A stretch of 21,481 bases of DNA from NCBI GenBank assembly GCA_041736305.1, contig JBGSTX010000061.1, positions 1 to 21,481 of the forward strand. The letters are read 5' to 3'. The notes beneath the pieces are model-generated. The model was not told the origin of the DNA and did not search any database. It saw only the letters and a program-made list of their open reading frames with translations. This DNA is from Oligoflexus sp. (GTDB lineage Bacteria; Bdellovibrionota_B; Oligoflexia; Oligoflexales; Oligoflexaceae). Position numbers and translations under genes: made by a program. How positions within the stretch are numbered: the stretch's first letter is position 1; each line of letters opens with the position of its first letter. Below are positions 16,957 to 21,481 of the stretch, one piece after another.

Positions 16957-18726
16957 ATGCCGCACAATCCTTATCGATTATTTCTGCAGAATGTTCGCAA
17001 ACATCGCCTCTATTATGGAATAGGGACTTTGGCGATGCTCGTGACGAGCATTTCAGAAGTCTTTTTGCCAAAATTCATTCAGTGGAGCCTCGACCTCCTC
17101 TCGGGGCAAGGGACGACGCCAGAGATTTTCGGCAAAGGGGATTCACATCAGCTACTCAACCGGCTCGTTGGAAGCCTAGTCGTCATCCTACTTTTCGGCT
17201 GGATCGGCCGTGTGGGATGGCGTCAAATATTGGCGCGCCAAACGCATATAGCTGGCCATGATATTAAGACTCGCATATGGTCTGTACTCAAAGACCAGCC
17301 CCTGTCGCTACTTGAACGCTACCCGCTCGGAGATCTCATGAACCGAGCGACCGCTGACTGGAACAAGACCCGCTTTATCCATGGTTTTACTCTGGTCACG
17401 GTTTTTGATCTTATTTTCTTTTCTATCCTGGCTATCGGCTGCATGCTCGCGATCGATTGGCAGTTGGCTCTGATGTGCCTCGCGTGCATTCCCTTTTTAC
17501 CGCTCAAGATTATCCGTATCAGCCGCGAAGAATACCGTCTTCACCAGCTGGCACAGGAGCAGCTCTCAGCCCTATCGGATCTTATTTCCCAATTTGTGAC
17601 TACAGTGCGCTTGCAACGCGCTACTGCTAGTGAATCGGTCTGGTTGGATCGCTTGAGCGAAGATGCCCGGACCTATGCCCACCGGCAATTCGAAGTCCTG
17701 AAGAAAGGCTGGCAAATCTTTGTTCTAGGCGCCATTCCCAGCCTATTCGCGTATGGGATACTCTTTAGTTTTGGGCTGAGCAAGGTGCAAGCTGGCGAGC
17801 TGAGTTTAGGGGCTTTCATCGCCTTGCAGTCGTATGTTCTTTTGCTCCAGAGTCCCCTCTTCGAGCTGGGTTCAGTGATATCGGAGTGGCAGACTGGGTT
17901 TGCGAGTTACCAGCGAATTACTGAAATTTATGACCTCGAGGAGGCTCCTCGCTCAACATCGGATGCCCTTATAACATCCCACTATGATCCATTGCTGCCC
18001 CTGCAGATCAAAGACTTGACTTTTGCCTATCCTGACGCGGAGAATCCAGCTTTATCCCACCTTAGTCTCTCGCTGCAAAAAGGTGAAAAAGTAGGGATAA
18101 TAGGGCCAATCGGGAGCGGCAAATCCACCCTCCTAAATTTGATAGCAGGTTTGACAGAAACTCCGCTTGGACACGTTTGGCTGCAAGGACTCCCTCTCGA
18201 AAAATGTGGACGCGACTGGCTGACCCGGCAAGTCACGCTGCTCACGCAAAAACCCGCACTCTTCGCGGGCAGCATCCGCCACAACTTATCCCCGGAAGAA
18301 ACAGCTTCTGATGAGCAGATGGAGTCTGCCTTGCGAGCTGTAGAGCTATGGGATGAGGTTGTAGAACTCAAGTCTGGACTCAATAGCTGGATCGGGGAAT
18401 CAGGCATCAACCTCTCTGGCGGCCAAAAACAACGCCTGGCTCTCGCAAGGGCCCTGCTAAAACCAGCTCCCATAGTCCTCATCGATGATGGCCTGAGTGC
18501 CGTTGACGCCGAGACGGAAGCGCGGATTCTAGATCACTTGCAGCGCCGCCTCAAAGGGCAGACGGTGCTTTGGAGCGCCCATCGGCCTTCGACTTTGCTC
18601 CACTGCGATCGTCTCTTCAGGATGGAACATGGTCACCTCTATCTGCTGCGGGATAGGCCCCTTTCGGGCGCCAAGGACTTTACGAAGAAGAGTCAGCTCA
18701 CCGCCGCCGTGCTAGGGGAGGTCTGA
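16957..18726 (+). CDS. ABC exporter fused permease/ATPase, subunit with degenerate Walker B (MdlA/YheI-like)
   Basis: TM domain with GDLMNRAT.D, Walker A GPIGSGKST, signature LSGGQKQR and Walker B IVLIDD. ATG 16957 (after ACAGGA) is preferred over TTG 16888. Confidence 0.92.
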   Translation: MPHNPYRLFLQNVRKHRLYYGIGTLAMLVTSISEVFLPKFIQWSLDLLSGQGTTPEIFGKGDSHQLLNRLVGSLVVILLFGWIGRVGWRQILARQTHIAGHDIKTRIWSVLKDQPLSLLERYPLGDLMNRATADWNKTRFIHGFTLVTVFDLIFFSILAIGCMLAIDWQLALMCLACIPFLPLKIIRISREEYRLHQLAQEQLSALSDLISQFVTTVRLQRATASESVWLDRLSEDARTYAHRQFEVLKKGWQIFVLGAIPSLFAYGILFSFGLSKVQAGELSLGAFIALQSYVLLLQSPLFELGSVISEWQTGFASYQRITEIYDLEEAPRSTSDALITSHYDPLLPLQIKDLTFAYPDAENPALSHLSLSLQKGEKVGIIGPIGSGKSTLLNLIAGLTETPLGHVWLQGLPLEKCGRDWLTRQVTLLTQKPALFAGSIRHNLSPEETASDEQMESALRAVELWDEVVELKSGLNSWIGESGINLSGGQKQRLALARALLKPAPIVLIDDGLSAVDAETEARILDHLQRRLKGQTVLWSAHRPSTLLHCDRLFRMEHGHLYLLRDRPLSGAKDFTKKSQLTAAVLGEV

Positions 18727-18729
18727 ACC

Positions 18730-20529
18730 ATGCAAATTGATCATGATTCAGTCGAATCCCAGGGTGATTTTGCCGGTATTTTAGCCCTTTTTCGCTACGG
18801 TCGGGGCAGCTATCGGGACCTCTTTACCGGCATTGCACTAGTAATATTTTCGGCCGGACTTCTCATGTTTTCAGCAAAACTGATGGGTCGCGTCGCCGAG
18901 CTTGTTCTCAATTCGCCGAGTAAATCTGCGAGCGGTCCATCCTCGCTTTTGATTCAAACAGTCTGTGGGATACTGGCTCTCGAGGCTTTGAATGTCATAG
19001 TCACCTATCATGGCCGTCTGAAGATAGCCCATGCTACGAACTATGTGGCACTGAGTCTACGGCAGGCTCTCTTTAAGAAAATGACCGTTCTACCCATTCG
19101 CTACTACGATCAACAGCCACTCGGCCGAACCATTACCCGCCTCACCGCCGATGTAGAAGGCATTGAGACCTTTTTTAGCGCAACGATGCCTCGCGTTCTC
19201 ACTGCCTGCATTACTATAGCTTCAGTACTCGTCGCCATGCTGCTCACTGATCTCAACATGGGTCTCATCGTCTGCCTCTCCAGTCTGCCAGCCCTGCTTT
19301 TCACGATAGGCATGCGCAGCCCAATACGCGTAAGTATGCAGGATTATAAACGTAAATCAGCCAACCTTAACGCCAAACTTGCTGAACTCATCAAAGCCCT
19401 GCCCCTCATCAAAACCTTCGGCCTTGAGCGCTGGAGCTCCCGGACATTTGACCAAGAATCTTTCGAACTTCTGCAGGCTGCTTTCCGACTGATGAACTGG
19501 AGTTCGCTCATTCGACCAATCTCGGCTCTTTTGTGCTCATTACCTATCGTCGTCATAATATACTGGGGCGGCCATCAAACCCTCGACGGTCTCATGTCGA
19601 TCGGACTTTTAGTGGCTTTTATTCGCTATGCCGAACGCTACTTCAGGCCGATCATGCAGTTGTCTTTCGAACTGCACCTCATCCAAGACGCGATCGCTTC
19701 TAGCGATCGCTTACGCAAGTTGCTGGAAGAGCCCGAGGAGCCTTCTGCCCTTGGCCCGGACGGGCATCTATCTCAAAGAGTAAAAGGACAGGTTGAATTC
19801 AAGCAGCTTTGGATGGCTTATGGCCCCGGGGAAGCCATCCTCAAAGATCTCAACTTCAAGATCAAGGCGGGCTCAAGCGTGGGACTAGTTGGTAAGACCG
19901 GCTCTGGAAAGTCCACCACCGTGCATCTCATTCCACAGCTTTACCCCTGGACCAAAGGAGACATTCTCCTCGACGAGGTTTCCCTACGGGAATGGAACCG
20001 GAATTCCCTGCGAGAACAAATAGGAATCGTTTCGCAGGATGTCATTCTCTTTCATGGAACACTGAGAGAAAATCTGCTCATAACGGCTAAGGAAAAAGAG
20101 CGCCTGAACGATGCAGGCTTACTAGCTGCTTGTGAAAAAACAGGTCTAGCGGCGATAGTCAATCGGCTACCCTTGGGCCTGGATACGATTCTCCACGAGG
20201 GCGGCAGCAACTTGAGCATGGGTGAGCGGCAGCTGGTTGCCTTCACACGGATGCTGCTCCGCGATCCTGCTATACTGATTTTGGATGAGGCAACAGCACA
20301 TGTCGATGAGTCTTGCGAGGCTCTTATCCAAAAGGCTATCCTGGAGCTCTTGCACGGTCGTACCTGCTTTATTATCGCCCATCGTCTGAGCACGATTCAG
20401 CACTGTGACCGCATCCTGGTGTATGATCGGGGTCGCATCGTTGAAGACGGCAAGCACGATGAGCTCCTCGGTCTGCAAGGTACCTACGCGCAACTCGTTA
20501 GAAGGCAATTGCCGCATGGATATATTTGA
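18730..20529 (+). CDS. ABC exporter fused permease/ATPase, partner subunit (MdlB/YheH-like)
   Basis: Walker A GKTGSGKST, signature LSMGERQ, Walker B ILILDEAT and switch IAHRLSTI. Starts 3 nt after its partner. Confidence 0.93.
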   Translation: MQIDHDSVESQGDFAGILALFRYGRGSYRDLFTGIALVIFSAGLLMFSAKLMGRVAELVLNSPSKSASGPSSLLIQTVCGILALEALNVIVTYHGRLKIAHATNYVALSLRQALFKKMTVLPIRYYDQQPLGRTITRLTADVEGIETFFSATMPRVLTACITIASVLVAMLLTDLNMGLIVCLSSLPALLFTIGMRSPIRVSMQDYKRKSANLNAKLAELIKALPLIKTFGLERWSSRTFDQESFELLQAAFRLMNWSSLIRPISALLCSLPIVVIIYWGGHQTLDGLMSIGLLVAFIRYAERYFRPIMQLSFELHLIQDAIASSDRLRKLLEEPEEPSALGPDGHLSQRVKGQVEFKQLWMAYGPGEAILKDLNFKIKAGSSVGLVGKTGSGKSTTVHLIPQLYPWTKGDILLDEVSLREWNRNSLREQIGIVSQDVILFHGTLRENLLITAKEKERLNDAGLLAACEKTGLAAIVNRLPLGLDTILHEGGSNLSMGERQLVAFTRMLLRDPAILILDEATAHVDESCEALIQKAILELLHGRTCFIIAHRLSTIQHCDRILVYDRGRIVEDGKHDELLGLQGTYAQLVRRQLPHGYI

Positions 20530-21229
20530 AACGATTGAATCTCGCATACGTGCGCTTCCTGCTGGAAGCCCTCGAGCCCTTCTGCTTCTGGATATAGACG
20601 ATACGCTCATCGACTGTCGTCATCGCAAGCGGCAGGTTTTTTTAGACTTTGTTGCCCAGGGAAAAGTGCTGAAGCAATTTCCAGTGGCCTGCGACACTCT
20701 CAGCCGAATAACTCAGCAGGAAATCGAATATCGCGTCGCGGACAATCTCAAGAAGGTCGGAATTGACGAGCCGAGTTTCGCTGAGCAACTCCTGCAGTTT
20801 TGGCTAGACCATTACTTCACTTATCCATATCTGATCCAGGACATTGCGTTTCCCGGCGCTGTATCCTTCGTCAATAAGTGTTATCAGCGAGGTCTAGGTC
20901 TAGTTTATTTAACGGGAAGAGATTTGCCGGGAATGGGACCAGGGACTTTTGCTGCCATGAAAAAGCTTGGTTTCCCCTGTGAGCAGCCCCACATTCATTT
21001 TCTTCTCAAGCCTGATCCTAAGATTCCCGATCTCGGGTTCAAAATCTCGGCGCTTGAAGACGTAGCGGCTTTGGGACCGGTGGTAGCTGCCTTTGAAAAT
21101 GAGCTATCTAACCTAAATGCCATGGCGCTCCGTTATCCTACAGCAGCGATGTACTGGCGCAACACTCTCTATGCGCCCTCACCTCCCCCTCCCCATCCTC
21201 ACGTCGAGGTCCTGGCTCATTTTCCATAG
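20516..21229 (+). CDS. HAD-superfamily hydrolase/phosphatase
   Basis: Motif I LLDIDDTL, motif II YLTGR, a Lys in LLKP/FK and motif IV AAFENE. ATG 20516 overlaps the upstream gene by 14 nt. The ORF-track start at 20405 lies deep in the ABC gene. Confidence 0.85.
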   Translation: MDIFETIESRIRALPAGSPRALLLLDIDDTLIDCRHRKRQVFLDFVAQGKVLKQFPVACDTLSRITQQEIEYRVADNLKKVGIDEPSFAEQLLQFWLDHYFTYPYLIQDIAFPGAVSFVNKCYQRGLGLVYLTGRDLPGMGPGTFAAMKKLGFPCEQPHIHFLLKPDPKIPDLGFKISALEDVAALGPVVAAFENELSNLNAMALRYPTAAMYWRNTLYAPSPPPPHPHVEVLAHFP

Positions 21230-21459
21230 CCGCTTCTCTTTCTTGGAGTCCTTCTTCCTTAGAACTTGTTCAGAAAACAAATGGGCCGCTCTTTATAGTA
21301 AAAGCAGCTGCCAGCTTCCAATAGACAAAAGAGAAAAATAAATGATTTCTACATAAATAGGGACAAGTCATTTAAACAAGTCCTATCATAAACCACTTAC
21401 TTAGTTTGAAGAGCTAATCAGTTACACCCACTGTTGCCCCAGATCAGAACCGCCCAGAA

Positions 21460-21481
21460 ATGAAGAAGGCTATCGTGGTAG
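21460..21481 (+). CDS. Possible start of a next gene (MKKAIVV...), truncated by the edge
   Basis: Only 7 codons are visible. They resemble the first strand of a Rossmann-fold oxidoreductase or a signal n-region. No clear SD. Confidence 0.2.

Noticed and set aside
1..21481. Mobile elements, RNA genes, defence systems, programmed frameshifts
   Set aside because: I saw no transposase, integrase, tRNA/rRNA-like sequence, repeat array or broken reading frame; intergenic gaps are all short.

Overview
A gene-dense bacterial chromosomal segment of roughly average GC. The gene mix (many lipoproteins, a MoxR/DUF58/BatA-DUF4159 operon, a Flp pilin, a sigma28-type promoter) suggests a Bdellovibrionota/Oligoflexia or Myxococcota-like organism; this is inference only. 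Left to right: a minus-strand envelope cluster (a secreted DUF1549-like protein cut by the window edge and missing from the ORF track, a lipoprotein, a probable outer-membrane beta-barrel), then recJ. Three divergent plus-strand lipoprotein genes follow behind a near-consensus sigma28/FliA promoter: an Asn-rich SH3-like protein, an M23 peptidase and a Cys-rich unknown. Next are a LOG-family gene and a four-gene MoxR operon on the minus strand. The last plus-strand run is an orphan Flp pilin, a small membrane protein, a divergent DUF503-like gene, fabI, a heterodimeric ABC exporter and a HAD hydrolase. I found no rRNA, tRNA, CRISPR array, transposase or prophage. Family calls come from motifs recognised by eye, not database searches. 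Nothing here is a demonstrably new system; the best candidates are the left envelope cluster, the sigma28-linked lipoprotein trio and the orphan Flp locus.
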